DNA of 64,000 bases from Alphaproteobacteria bacterium. Lineage in GTDB: Bacteria; Pseudomonadota; Alphaproteobacteria; SHVV01. Positions 22,765 through 33,359 of the stretch are shown here, piece by piece (positions within the stretch are counted from its first letter, which is position 1; the number at the start of each line of letters is the position of its first letter). The notes under the pieces were generated by a model. That model was not told the DNA's origin. It worked only from the letters and a program-made list of their open reading frames with translations, and did not search any database. Made by a program: the position numbers and the translations under genes. The stretch is taken from NCBI GenBank assembly GCA_965261735.1, contig OZ253470.1, positions 896,001-960,000 of the forward strand, written 5' to 3'.

Positions 22765-23493
22765 TCAGGGCGACGCCGCGACCTCGGAAATCGCAGCGAT
22801 GCAGGTGGGATCGTCGTTGCGCGGGGCATTCACGTGGGGACTGACGGGGTACGCCCGCAAGCTATCCGGCGCGCTCGGCCTTAGCAGCTCGCGCGCGCCC
22901 TCCACGAGCCAGCGCGCGCAGTCGTCCGGCTCGAGGGCGACGGGCATGCGATCGTGCAGGAACGCCAGGTCTTCACTTCGGCTGGTCGTGATGATCGCGT
23001 AACTGCGGACTTCATCGCCCGGGCCGTAGCCACCATATTCGCCGGTCGGCTGAAGCCCGGCGGGGATCCGCCAGCGCTCCCACACACCGGCGAGCATCAT
23101 GGGCGAGTCGTCGCGACGGACGACCCGATACGGTTGGCGCACCTTGGCGCGCGCTATCCACTCGTAGTAACCGTCGGCCACGACCAGACAGCGTCGCGCT
23201 CGGAACGCCTCTGAAAAGGTGGGCTTTTCGGCCACCGTCTCGGCGCGCGCGTTGATCGCCCGCGACGCCGCCTTGGTGTCCTTGGACCAGGGCGGCAGCA
23301 GCCCCCAGCGGTAGAGCGACAGCCGCCAGCGCTCGCCCACCTTGCGCACGATCGGCGCCGCCTGGGTTGGCGCGATGTTGTAGCGCGGTTGCAGGTTGGG
23401 AATGCCGCCGGAAAGGTCCGCCTCGCCGAGATAGGCGGACAAGTAGTCGTGGATTTCCTGCCATGACCGACCCTCGGTGTAGCGCCCGCACAT
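22765..23493 (-). CDS. SOS response-associated peptidase (SRAP/YedK/HMCES)
   Basis: MCGRY N-terminus, RYNIAPTQ, INARAET, GYYEW, HDRMPV. Confidence 0.93.
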   Translation of the reverse strand: MCGRYTEGRSWQEIHDYLSAYLGEADLSGGIPNLQPRYNIAPTQAAPIVRKVGERWRLSLYRWGLLPPWSKDTKAASRAINARAETVAEKPTFSEAFRARRCLVVADGYYEWIARAKVRQPYRVVRRDDSPMMLAGVWERWRIPAGLQPTGEYGGYGPGDEVRSYAIITTSRSEDLAFLHDRMPVALEPDDCARWLVEGARELLRPSAPDSLRAYPVSPHVNAPRNDDPTCIAAISEVAASP

Positions 23494-23527
23494 CACGTGG
23501 CTCCTGGTGCCGCGCGCGCGATCGGGC

Positions 23528-24580
23528 TCAGGTGGTTCGCATGGGAAGGATCTCCTTCGCCGCAAGCCGTATGCCGGCGCGCGTGTCGGGACCGATCACC
23601 TGATAGAGCACGGGCGTATCGAGGCCGGCGTCGCGATACTCGGCTAGCCTGGCGCGACACTCCTCGGGCGTGCCCGCGACCAGCATCTGATCGATGAACT
23701 CGACGGGGATCGATTCGGCGGCCGCATCCATCTTGCCTTGCGAGGCGTACTTGCCGACCTCGGCCTTGACGCGAGCGAATTCATCGAGGTCCATGCCCGA
23801 GTAGCGCAGCCGTGGGCTTCCGGCTTTGGTCGCCGAGGTCGAGACGGTCTCGCTCAAATAGGAGACGAGAATTCTCCGCGTCGCATCCTTGGCGAGCCGC
23901 GAATCCTCGTGGATCGAGAAGGTGATGTAGGAGCTGAGATCGAAGTCGGCCGGCGTGCGTCCGCTCGCCTCGAGCCCGGCATCGACCTGCTCGCGCACGT
24001 AGCCCACGAAGCCCGGCGTCGAGAACATGCCGAGCACCGCGCCGTCGGCGACGCGGCCCGCGAGCTGAAGGGACTTCGGCCCCATGCCGCCAATGTAGAT
24101 GGGGATGTTGCGCCGCGGCGGTACGAACCCGAGTGCCGTTCCTGGTGGAGTGATCTTGAAGAAGCGACCGTCGTAGACGACCTTCTCTCCCGAGAGGAAC
24201 GCGCGCACGAGCTCGATGGCCTCGCGCAGCGATACCGCCGGCTTGGCGTCCGCCACGCCCTGGCGGTCGACGGCGATCTGGCTGATGCCGAGCCCGAGGC
24301 GCAACCGCGCGCCTGAGAGCTCGTCCAGCGTCGCCGCCTCCATGGCGATAAGCCCGGGATGGCGGGAGAACGGGCTGATGATGCCGAGGCCGATCGGCAT
24401 TCGCTCGGTGGCCGCGACCACCGCCGAAGCGGCGGAGATCAGGCCCCGATTGTAGTAGGCCTCGGCGATCCAGAAGCCGTCGAAGCCCTCCGCCTCGGCG
24501 ATGCGGGCATAGTCGACGATGTCCGGGATGCGGTGAATGGTGGCAAACGCGATATCGATCGCGCCGAACCCCTTCGCCAT
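23528..24580 (-). CDS. LLM-class flavin/F420-dependent oxidoreductase (Mer-like)
   Basis: AEAEGFDGFWIAE, TLDELSGAR, PIYIGGMGPK. Confidence 0.88.
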   Translation of the reverse strand: MAKGFGAIDIAFATIHRIPDIVDYARIAEAEGFDGFWIAEAYYNRGLISAASAVVAATERMPIGLGIISPFSRHPGLIAMEAATLDELSGARLRLGLGISQIAVDRQGVADAKPAVSLREAIELVRAFLSGEKVVYDGRFFKITPPGTALGFVPPRRNIPIYIGGMGPKSLQLAGRVADGAVLGMFSTPGFVGYVREQVDAGLEASGRTPADFDLSSYITFSIHEDSRLAKDATRRILVSYLSETVSTSATKAGSPRLRYSGMDLDEFARVKAEVGKYASQGKMDAAAESIPVEFIDQMLVAGTPEECRARLAEYRDAGLDTPVLYQVIGPDTRAGIRLAAKEILPMRTT

Positions 24581-24743
24581 GGCTCCTCCCCTTGCAAGCC
24601 GCCCGACGGCCCAAATACCCGTTCGGCGGCCCGTACGTGTGGGCGGCGGCGCGCACCGCGCCCTCGGTTGCTTGGTATCTTACGGTTTTGGCGGGTAAGC
24701 TAAACAAGACTCTTTGCGGGCACGCGGTCCCATAGGAGAATAC

Positions 24744-25616
24744 ATGAAGGTCGGATTGCACGTCGTGAACTTCACGTTGCCCGACGGCGCGGCCGCGATC
24801 GCGCCGACACTGAGCGGGATTGCCGAGGCGGCCGAGGCTGTCGGCGTCTCGTCGCTGTCGGTCATGGATCACTATTTCCAGATGGAGATGCTGGGTCCGG
24901 AAAACGGCATGCTGGAGGGCTATACGACCCTCGGCTTCCTCGCCGCGAGGACGCGCGCGTTGAAGCTCGGCCTTCTGGTTACGGGCGTGACCTACCGCCC
25001 GCCCGGGCTGCTGGCCAAGATCGTCACGACCCTTGACGTGCTCTCGGGTGGCCGCGCCGAACTCGGTATCGGCGCCGCATGGTACGAGCGCGAGCATCGC
25101 GGGCTCGGTGTCGACTTCCCCCCGCTGGCCGAGCGGTTCGAGCGCCTCGAGGAGACGCTGCAGATATGCCTGCAGATGTGGAGTGACGACAATGGCCCCT
25201 TCGAGGGCACCCACTACAAGCTCGCGGAAACCTTGAACGTGCCCCAGAGCCTGCAGCGTCCCCACCCGCCGATTCTTATCGGCGGTGGCGGCGAACGGAA
25301 GACGCTGCGCCTGGTCGCCAAGTACGCCAACGCCTGCAACCTCTTCACCGGCGACGGCGCCGACGGCGTGCGCCATAAGCTCGAGGTACTGCGCCGCCAC
25401 TGCGACGCCGAGGGCCGCGACTACGACAGGATCGCGAAGACAATTCTATACACCAATCCCGCGCCCGGCGGAGATGAGGCCGGCGCGTTCGCCAAGGAGA
25501 TGGAGGCCTATGCCAACCTCGGCGTCGAAGCCGTTATGCTGATGCCGTTCGGCGACCATCCGGTCGAGGTGGCCGCCAATCTTGGGCCCGTGGTAGCGCG
25601 CCTCGGAGAACTCTAG
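24744..25616 (+). CDS. LLM-class F420-dependent oxidoreductase
   Basis: VMDHYFQM, LLVTGVTYR, TLDVLSGGRAELGIGAAW, IGGGGERKTL. Confidence 0.9.
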   Translation: MKVGLHVVNFTLPDGAAAIAPTLSGIAEAAEAVGVSSLSVMDHYFQMEMLGPENGMLEGYTTLGFLAARTRALKLGLLVTGVTYRPPGLLAKIVTTLDVLSGGRAELGIGAAWYEREHRGLGVDFPPLAERFERLEETLQICLQMWSDDNGPFEGTHYKLAETLNVPQSLQRPHPPILIGGGGERKTLRLVAKYANACNLFTGDGADGVRHKLEVLRRHCDAEGRDYDRIAKTILYTNPAPGGDEAGAFAKEMEAYANLGVEAVMLMPFGDHPVEVAANLGPVVARLGEL

Positions 25617-25673
25617 GCCGCGCCCGACGCCCTGTGCGCGACAGGCCCGGCAAACAGCAGCTGGAACGACCCT

Positions 25674-25883
25674 CTAGTTTTCGACCACCAAGTTGGTCGC
25701 CGCCTGCCGCCCGTTGCGACCGGGTTCGAGCTCATATTTGAGCTTCTGGCCCTCTTGGAGATCATCGAGACCGGCTTGCTCGACGGCCGAGATATGGACG
25801 AACGCATCCTGCGAACCGTCTTCCGGGGAGATGAAGCCGTAACCCTTGATTCGATTGAACCACTTGACCGTTCCGGTGGGCAT
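25674..25883 (-). CDS. cspA: Cold-shock protein
   Basis: GTVKWFN..KGYGFI..DAFVHISA. Confidence 0.93.
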   Translation of the reverse strand: MPTGTVKWFNRIKGYGFISPEDGSQDAFVHISAVEQAGLDDLQEGQKLKYELEPGRNGRQAATNLVVEN

Positions 25884-26126
25884 GCGTCTTTCCTTCTGCT
25901 GTGTGGGTTGCGGCTCTCGGCCTTGCATTAAGCGGTGTTTAGGCTCGACGTTGTCCGCGGTGTGGCGCGCTGAGCGCTGTCGGCTACGCTGCATAGCGGC
26001 GGTCTGCCGACCCGGGTAGGCTAATATAATCCGCCCTGGATGCAAGTGGATTCGACCGCGCGGGCGCGCGGGCTCGTGGTCACAAAGGGGATGCGCCGGC
26101 CGAGCCCTCGTGGCACGGTGCGAGCC

Positions 26127-26915
26127 ATGACGGATGCGCCCGTTCGGCGGGCAGACGGCTTGCGCCTCTTTGCAATCACCTGCGGCTGGCTGACGGCGCC
26201 GGGGTGGGCGCTGCTCGACGGCGAGGACGACCGCATCCGTATTCCGGTCCCCTGCTACCTGATCGACCATCCCAAGGGAAGGATCCTTTTCGACAGCGGG
26301 CTCAGCCTGGGTTCATGTGGCAACGCGCGCGACTACCTGGGCCCCCTGGGCGAGAATTTCGATGTTCACTTCGAGCCGTCGGAGGCGATTTCGAGCCGTC
26401 TCGCGGCGATGGAGATCGATGTCGGCGACATCACCCTCGTGGTGACTTCGCATCTCCATTTCGACCACGCCGGCGGGCTTGCGCAGTTCCCCAACGTGCC
26501 GGTGCTCGTCCAGCGACGCGAGTGGCAGGCCGGAGCGGAACCCGACCTTGTCGCCGCCAACAACTACCTCGCCGCCGACTACGATCTCGGCCACGACGTC
26601 ATCCAGGTCGACGGCGAGCACGACCTGTTCGGCGATGGCAGCATCGTCTGCATGCCGACCTACGGCCACACGCCAGGGCACCAGTCGCTGCGGGTGAGGC
26701 TTGGGTCCGGTGAGGTCGTGATCGCGGGCGATGCGTGCAAGGTGCGGAAAACGCTCGAGTCCCTGCACCTTCCGCGCTATGGGCACGACAAGAACGCGAT
26801 GCGGGCAGCACTCGAGGACCTGCGTGCACTGGCGCGCCGCGGCGCGCGCATCTTCTACGGCCACGATCCCGACTTTTGGCGCACCGTGCCGCAGGCGCCG
26901 GCCGAGATTCGCTAG
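26127..26915 (+). CDS. N-acyl-homoserine lactonase family (MBL fold)
   Basis: SHLHFDHAGG, GHTPGHQS, AGDA. Confidence 0.85.
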   Translation: MTDAPVRRADGLRLFAITCGWLTAPGWALLDGEDDRIRIPVPCYLIDHPKGRILFDSGLSLGSCGNARDYLGPLGENFDVHFEPSEAISSRLAAMEIDVGDITLVVTSHLHFDHAGGLAQFPNVPVLVQRREWQAGAEPDLVAANNYLAADYDLGHDVIQVDGEHDLFGDGSIVCMPTYGHTPGHQSLRVRLGSGEVVIAGDACKVRKTLESLHLPRYGHDKNAMRAALEDLRALARRGARIFYGHDPDFWRTVPQAPAEIR

Positions 26916-26972
26916 GGCTTTGTGTTTCGAGCACCCCGGCCAAACAGGGGTGTCCAGGTCCTGGAGCCTAGG

Positions 26973-27362
26973 TTACATCGAGACGATGCGCTCGACCCGG
27001 GTTCGGACGACCAGCCGCTTGTTTCCCGTCCGCCACGGATATTCGTCGAGGTCGAGGAAGCGCTTGGCGAGCTTGTCGATCTGCTCATCGGCGCCGTCCT
27101 CGGTGATCGTGGCGGTGCCGTGGGAGACGGCGTGGGTTTGCGGGGAGTTGTGGTCTTGCACGGAGATGACGATGCGCGGGTCGCGCCGGAGGTTCCGTGT
27201 CTTGACCCGCCCCTCCTCGGTGTTGAAGAGGACGTCGTTTCCGTCCACGTCCACCCACACCATGGTCACCTGGGGTGTGCCGTCCGGATTGATGGTCACG
27301 ACGTGGCCGTAGGCCTTGTCGGTGAGCAGCTTCTTGATCGATTCGGAAAGCTCGATTGACAT
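26973..27362 (-). CDS. PPOX-class F420-dependent oxidoreductase
   Basis: TINPDGTPQVT.VW, KTRNLRRDPR. Confidence 0.88.
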   Translation of the reverse strand: MSIELSESIKKLLTDKAYGHVVTINPDGTPQVTMVWVDVDGNDVLFNTEEGRVKTRNLRRDPRIVISVQDHNSPQTHAVSHGTATITEDGADEQIDKLAKRFLDLDEYPWRTGNKRLVVRTRVERIVSM

Positions 27363-27392
27363 GACGCTCCTCCTGGGGATTCTCCGGCGCCG

Positions 27393-28238
27393 CTAGTACG
27401 GGCGGTCGCCCTTGACGGTGACCCGATAGCCGTGCCGCACCCGGGGGTAGTAGTCCCACAGGGCATGATGCTGGGTGCACCGGTTGTCCCAAAAGGCCAT
27501 CGATTTCGGGCGCCAGTGAAAACGGCAATGAAACTCGGGCGTCGTCACGTGATCGTACAGGAACGCGAGCAGCGCCGCGCGCTCCTTGGGCTTCATGTCC
27601 TTGATCCGGGTCGTGAACACCTGGTTGACGTAAAGCACCTTGCGGCCCGTCACCGGGTGGGTGCGCACCATCGGGTGCTCGGCCGTCGGATAGCCACTGT
27701 CGCGCAAAGTCGCGTCGCCGTAGCGGTGCCGGTAGGCGTGCTCGGAGCCGTGGACGGCGGTGAGGCCGGAGAGGAAGCTCTGCATCTGGTCCGACAGCGC
27801 CTCGAAGGCGGCGTACATGTTGGCGAACAGGGTATCGCCGCCGGGCTCCGGCACCTCGTGGAGTTGCAGGATGCTGCCCATCGGCGGCTCGACGTCGCAG
27901 GAGACGTCCGAGTGCCAGTCCTCGCCGGCGGTGAATTTCGAGTCGGCATCGGCATGGACGACGAAAATCTCGCGATGACCCGCGAGCGGCGCCGCCGCCG
28001 GGTGGACGTGCAGATCGCCGAAGAGGCGCCCGAACGCCATGTGCTGCTCGAGCGTGATGTCCTGATCGCGAAAGAAGATGACCAGGTGACGCATCAGCGC
28101 GTCGTGGATTTCCGCCCGGCGCTGCGGGTCCAGGGGCTGCGACAAATCCACGCCCGAGACTTCGGCCCCGATCACCGGCGATAGCGGCCGCACCTCGATG
28201 GGCTCGTTCGTCATGGTTCGTTCAGCGACGGCGCTCAT
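27393..28238 (-). CDS. TauD/TfdA-family Fe(II)/2-oxoglutarate dioxygenase
   Basis: WHSDVS, GGDTLFANM, HPMVRTHPVTGRK, WDNRCTQH. Confidence 0.92.
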   Translation of the reverse strand: MSAVAERTMTNEPIEVRPLSPVIGAEVSGVDLSQPLDPQRRAEIHDALMRHLVIFFRDQDITLEQHMAFGRLFGDLHVHPAAAPLAGHREIFVVHADADSKFTAGEDWHSDVSCDVEPPMGSILQLHEVPEPGGDTLFANMYAAFEALSDQMQSFLSGLTAVHGSEHAYRHRYGDATLRDSGYPTAEHPMVRTHPVTGRKVLYVNQVFTTRIKDMKPKERAALLAFLYDHVTTPEFHCRFHWRPKSMAFWDNRCTQHHALWDYYPRVRHGYRVTVKGDRPY

Positions 28239-28254
28239 CTCGCCTCCTATCTGG

Positions 28255-30436
28255 CTAGATCGAGGGCGATCTTACACGGCCAAGGTGCGGCCGTGAAGTC
28301 GCGCGGCCCGCGAGCGCGGCTAACGAAGGTTCCGTGAAAGGCCAGGGGGTGGGGTCCACCGCGACGAGGCGCAGTTCGCTCGAGTAGCGATTCCCCTCGG
28401 CGTCGGTGAGCCAGCACTCGCCCGGGTTCGGCAGCATCTCGGTCACTGTCAACACCGTGCGCGGGTTGTCGACGGCACCCTTGCGGATCAGCTTGGAGGC
28501 CCCGTCCACGGAGATCGAGCTACAGAAATCGAGGTAGATCGGCTTTCGCTCATAGGGTAAGCGGACAAACACCCAGCGCGGAAGGGCGTGAAGCCGCATC
28601 CACCGGCGCGCCTCGACGAAGCGATCGGCGCTCGTCTTGGCGAACGCGAATTCCATGTCGCCACAGGGAATGCACCACATCTCGCGCGACACGACGCGCT
28701 TGTCGACCTGGATGCGCGGCGCGTGCGGCAGAGGCTGAAGAAGCGAGAAGCTGGTAGCGCACAGGTGCCCGATAACGCTGCGCAGGAATTCGCTGATGTG
28801 GAAGCGCTGGCCGGTGGCCCGGTTAACGACGATCAATCCTTCCGACCCCTCTTCCACAATAAGGTTGCCCACCGGCAAAACCCGATGCTCCGCGCGCCAG
28901 GACGGCGCATCGTCAACAGCGACGTGATAGTCGTCCGGATCAAGTGAACCGGGAGCGACCCGCGCGCCAGGGTGATTTCGGGGAATGACCTGATGTATCG
29001 GCGGGCGCCCGATGTCCTCAGCGACGAGCCTGGCCAGGTCGTGCGGTCGCGGGTGCGTCGCGGCAAACAACGGCTGCATCGCCGTGTTGGACTCGGCGTG
29101 GACCTCCCCTAGCACGAACCGAAAACGGCCGTTGAGAAGGCTCTCGACGCCATCGGCGGCGATGAGAACATCAGGCGAGTGATACCTGGCACTAGGCCAC
29201 GGCGGGGCAGACTCCGGGAAACCGGCAAGAACCCGGTCGCGAAGCGTTTGCGCCGTCACCTCCACGCGCCGAGCCCCCTCGTCGACATTGAGGATAGACA
29301 TCCAGCGCTCATTAACGGCCGCCGCCGCCGTGCGCACGATGGCGGCGCCGGCGCGTGAGTTCGCCGTGTTGAACATGAGGTGCTCGAGCCACACGGGCCC
29401 GCCTGAAACGCGTTTCGCGCACTCCTCGAAGGCGCGCTCGAGGTGCACCTCCAGCTCGGCGCCAATGGCGGAGACGTACCAGGCCGCGCTCCTGAGGACC
29501 AACGCCAGAGGCGGCCCGAGGTCGCGCGCCCAATCCGGGCCCAGCGTGACCTCGACGTTTCTCCGACGGTCCTCGTAGAGGAGCGTGCGGCCGGCGTAGG
29601 CCAAACCCCCATGCCGTACCGGCTTTCCCCCCGTGAGGCGCTCGAAGCTCGCTTCGAGCGCGGCCATCGCCGCATCGTTGGCGATCGCGGCCGAGCTGGG
29701 CGGCGACGGCGTCTATGGCCCAGTGCTCGAAGCTGACGCGGCAGTCGGCGATCAGGCTGCTTCCCGGCGTGACCGCAACGGGTGGGCCCGCACATGCCCA
29801 TTCGGCCCAGCCGACGGGGCCAAAGAAAACCCAATCGTTTCGTTCTTGGCGGCGTAGCGCTGAATGTAGCTTGCGACCAACGCTTCCTTTTGCCGGGTCG
29901 AGGAGTTTCGGGCCTGCGCGGCTCGCAACAGCGGATCTAGGGCAGTCTTCAATGCCCGGCGGTTCTGCCAGATGAGCGCCTCGCGGAACCGGGAATCGCG
30001 CGCCACGTCGCGCAACACCTCGGACGTGCGCTCGATGGCCTCGGCAACCCGCTCGCGCGCGGCGAGCTGGGCCTGATCGCGTGCGCCGTGCGCATCCGAC
30101 AGGGCGGCCAAGAGGCGGCTGTCGGTCCCACGCGGTAGCGCCTCGGGAAGCCTATCCTTGCCCAACAAGCGTATCGCTCGGGGAAGCTCCATGCCGGCCT
30201 CCCGGCGCGCGGTTCGGGCGATCTGGTAGCACTCCGCGAGTGCGGCGTCTCGGACCCGCTGCCACGCCTCGTCCCGATCGAGGTAGGCATCGACCGCCGC
30301 GGCCGAAGCCTCCGCCGCGATCGGATCGAGCGAGTGAATCGGAAATCCGGCGCTGCGCAGGCACACCGTGCGCCACAGGAGCCATCCGTCATCGATCCCT
30401 ATGACGTGCTCGGCGATGGCTCGCTTGGTCGTTCAC
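28255..30436 (-). pseudogene. Small LanB (glutamylation domain only) / PEARL-like peptide aminoacyl-tRNA ligase, with frameshifts and an internal deletion
   Basis: LRSAGFP, FREALIWQN, YIQRYAAKNETIG(FFGP), FEHWAID, LLYED, HSPD, LGEVH, ERKPIYLDF, TEMLP, YSSELR; no elimination domain; frame breaks near 30420, 29828 and 29685. Confidence 0.8.
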
Positions 30437-30574
30437 GGCTGGTGCCTGGGTGTGCGGGTCAAGCCGCATCCTGCCGCCTCGACGATACCGCAATCTGGGG
30501 TTTCGGGAGATGGCGATCGGTCCTACAATTCGAGCGGCGCGCAGGAGTGGCGATTAGGGGCTGGAAGCAAGGGT

Positions 30575-31051
30575 ATGGCGGACAAGCTCGACATCGGTGA
30601 TGCGTTCCCGAGCCTCGCGCTCAATCTCGCCGACGGCCGCTCCATCACTGTTCCCGACGATCTCGGCGGGCTCTACCGCGTCATCCTCCTCTACCGCGGC
30701 CATTGGTGACCGTACTGCCGCCGGCAGTTGGCCGGCTTCGAAGAGCAAAAGAGTGAGCTCGCGGCGCTGCGCGTGAGCGTGCTCGCGGGCAGCGTCGATC
30801 CAATCGACAAGGCGCGCGAGGTCGCGGCCGAGTTTTCCTTTCCCGTCGCCTACGGTGTACCGAGGCAGACCGCCGATAGGGTGGGAGCCTGGTGGGAGGA
30901 CCGCCGCAGCATCATTCAGCCGTCCGAGTTCCTGATCGGCGAAGACGGAAGGGTCGTGGACTCGTCCTACAGCGCGGGACCGCTAGGGCGCTTCACCGCC
31001 GCGGACGTGATTTCGCACGTCAAGTTCCACGAGGCACGCAAACAGGCATAG
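30575..31051 (+). CDS. Selenocysteine-containing AhpC/TSA peroxiredoxin-like (redoxin) protein
   Basis: Track ORFs 30368-30709 and 30728-31051 share one frame, joined across TGA 30707-30709 as YRGHW-U-PYC; SECIS-like hairpin follows. Confidence 0.85.
30710..30740 (+). promoter_or_regulatory. Candidate bacterial SECIS hairpin
   Basis: GCCGGC-AGTTG-GCCGGC starting about 11 nt after the UGA, with G in the apical loop. Confidence 0.55.
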
Positions 31052-31103
31052 GCGGTCCCACGGCGCCGTGCTGTAATGGGCGAAATCAAACATGGGTGCC
31101 GCC

Positions 31104-31979
31104 ATGCATGTGGGCGTGATCTTTCCGCAGATCGAGATCGGCAGCGACCCGGCAGGCGTCCGTGATTTCGCGCAGGCCTTGGAGGACCTCGGGTACTACC
31201 ACCTGACGGCCTTCGACCACGTGCTCGGCGCCAATCCCGCGAGCTATCCCGACATCGAGTTCCGCTACACCTTTGAGGACAATTATCACGAGATTTTCGT
31301 GCTCTTCGGCTACCTCGCGGCGCTGACCAAGCGGCTCGAGCTGTGCACCGGCATTCTCGTCCTGCCGCAGCGCCAGACCGCGCTCGTCGCCAAGCAGGCG
31401 GCCGCGATCGACGTGCTCAGCGGGGGCCGGCTGCGCCTCGGCATCGGCAACGGCTGGAACCCTGTTGAGTTCACGGCGCTGGGGGCGAACTTCCACGACC
31501 GCGGCAAGCGCATCGAGGAACAGCTCGAGGTGTTGCGCGCGCTGTGGACGCAGGAGCTGGTCACGTTCGAGGGCCGCTGGCACCACATTCGCGATGCCGG
31601 GATCAATCCCCTGCCGGTCCAGCGCCCCATCCCTGTGTGGTTCGGCGGCGGGCTGAACGAGCCTGTCCTGCGCCGCATCGCCCGCCTCGGCGACGGTTGG
31701 ATTCCCGGCTTCAACTCGCCCACGGAGCCGGAGTTCATCGAGCGCATGCGCGGCTACGTGCGCGAGGCCGGGCGCGACCCGAGCGATCTCAAGATCGAGC
31801 GTCTGATCGAGATGCGCGAGGGGACACCGGAATCGTGGGCTAAGCAGATCGGGGCCTACCGCGACATGGGCGTGGATTACGTCTCGGCGGTGACGATGTA
31901 TGCGGGCTACACCTCGGCCGACAAGCAGATCAAGGCGATCGAGCGGTTCAGGGACGCGGCCGCCGACTTCATGGACTGA
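31104..31979 (+). CDS. LLM-class F420-dependent oxidoreductase
   Basis: GVIFPQIEIG.DP, FDHVLG, ILVLPQRQTALVAKQAA. Confidence 0.9.
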   Translation: MHVGVIFPQIEIGSDPAGVRDFAQALEDLGYYHLTAFDHVLGANPASYPDIEFRYTFEDNYHEIFVLFGYLAALTKRLELCTGILVLPQRQTALVAKQAAAIDVLSGGRLRLGIGNGWNPVEFTALGANFHDRGKRIEEQLEVLRALWTQELVTFEGRWHHIRDAGINPLPVQRPIPVWFGGGLNEPVLRRIARLGDGWIPGFNSPTEPEFIERMRGYVREAGRDPSDLKIERLIEMREGTPESWAKQIGAYRDMGVDYVSAVTMYAGYTSADKQIKAIERFRDAAADFMD

Positions 31980-32109
31980 CGCGGGGACGGCGGCCGGGGA
32001 TAGCCCCACCCCGCTGCCGTGCACTTGACCGGCCAGCCCCACGGTCGGTCCTCCCAGGGCGCTTGCCCCGACGACCCTCCGTCAGCCCGACCCAGAGGGA
32101 GGCCCTCCG

Positions 32110-33357
32110 ATGACCGAGCTGGACATGGACCGCGCCAAGTCCACGACCCCAAGCTTCCGCCTCACCGATGCCGAGGCCGCCATAGACATGGCTCGGCTTC
32201 GCGGCTGGCGCCTGGCCCGGGTGCGCGCCCAGCTCGAGGAGCAGGGCTATGGCGGCTGCCTCCTGTTCGACCCGGTCAACGCCCGCTACGCCTGCGGCGC
32301 GCGCAATCACACGCTGTTCCATACACACATCATCGGACGCCATTTGTTCGTCCCGACCGAAGGCCCCGTAATCCTGTTCGATGGCGCGCCCGAGCGCCTT
32401 CCGGCGCGGCATCTGGAGACGGTAAGCGAATGCCGCGAATTGCCGCCGATCAACTTCTTCTTCGGTGGTCCCCGGGTGGGCGAATGGGTCGCCAAATGGG
32501 CCGACGAGATGGCCGCCCTCGTGGCACGGCATTGCGGGAAGGGCGAACCCCTCGGCATCGATCAGGCGGCGCCGCACGTCATGGTGGCGCTGCAGGAGCG
32601 CGGACTCCGGCTGGTCGATGCTCAGGCGCCGATGGAGCGCGCGCGTGCCATCAAGTCGCCGGAAGAGATCCTGTGCATGAATTTTTCGATCACGGCCGCC
32701 GAGGTCGGCTTCGCGCGCATGCGGGAGGCCTTGCGCGCGGGCATGACCGAGAACGAGCTGTGGTCGCTGTTGCACCAGGCTAACATCGCGATGGGTGGCG
32801 AGTGGTTCGACGGCCGGATGCTGTCTTCCGGCGACCGCACCAATCCGTGGCAACAGGAGTGCAGCGACCGCGTTATCCGCCCTGGCGAGCTCGTTGTCTT
32901 CGATACAGACATGATCGGCCCGTTCGGCTACTGCGCCGACGTCTCGCGCACCTACCGCTGTGGGCCCGGCAAGCCCACGGATACCCAGCGCGGCCTCTAC
33001 AAGATGGCGTTCGAGGAATTGCACCACAACCTCGAGCTCATCACGCCGGGGCGCGGCTTCCTCGAGCTGAGCGAGAAGGCGTGGCGGCACCCGGACGCGT
33101 ACGTCGCCAACCGCTATCCCGTCGTCGCTCATGGCGTCGGCATGTGCGACGAGTACCCGGCCATTTACCCGCTGCGCGACAGCAAACAGATCGGCTATGA
33201 CGGCGTGATCGAGGAAAACATGGTGCTGTGCGTCGAGAGCTACATCGGCGCCGAGGGCGGCCACGAAGGGGTCAAGCTCGAGCAGCAGGTGCTGGTCACC
33301 GCATCGGGCCCCCACCTGCTCTCTCGCTTCCCGTTCGAAGACGAACTCCTCAACTAA
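32110..33357 (+). CDS. M24 Xaa-Pro peptidase family, DddP (DMSP lyase)-like
   Basis: RTNPWQQEC, FDTDMIGPFGYCADVSRT, HGVGMCDEYP, CVESYIG, GVKLEQQV. Confidence 0.8.
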   Translation: MTELDMDRAKSTTPSFRLTDAEAAIDMARLRGWRLARVRAQLEEQGYGGCLLFDPVNARYACGARNHTLFHTHIIGRHLFVPTEGPVILFDGAPERLPARHLETVSECRELPPINFFFGGPRVGEWVAKWADEMAALVARHCGKGEPLGIDQAAPHVMVALQERGLRLVDAQAPMERARAIKSPEEILCMNFSITAAEVGFARMREALRAGMTENELWSLLHQANIAMGGEWFDGRMLSSGDRTNPWQQECSDRVIRPGELVVFDTDMIGPFGYCADVSRTYRCGPGKPTDTQRGLYKMAFEELHHNLELITPGRGFLELSEKAWRHPDAYVANRYPVVAHGVGMCDEYPAIYPLRDSKQIGYDGVIEENMVLCVESYIGAEGGHEGVKLEQQVLVTASGPHLLSRFPFEDELLN

Positions 33358-33359
33358 CC

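Noticed and set aside
30437-30574. PEARL carrier peptide in the divergent intergenic gap
   Set aside because: No ORF with a credible RBS or acidic carrier-like composition was seen.
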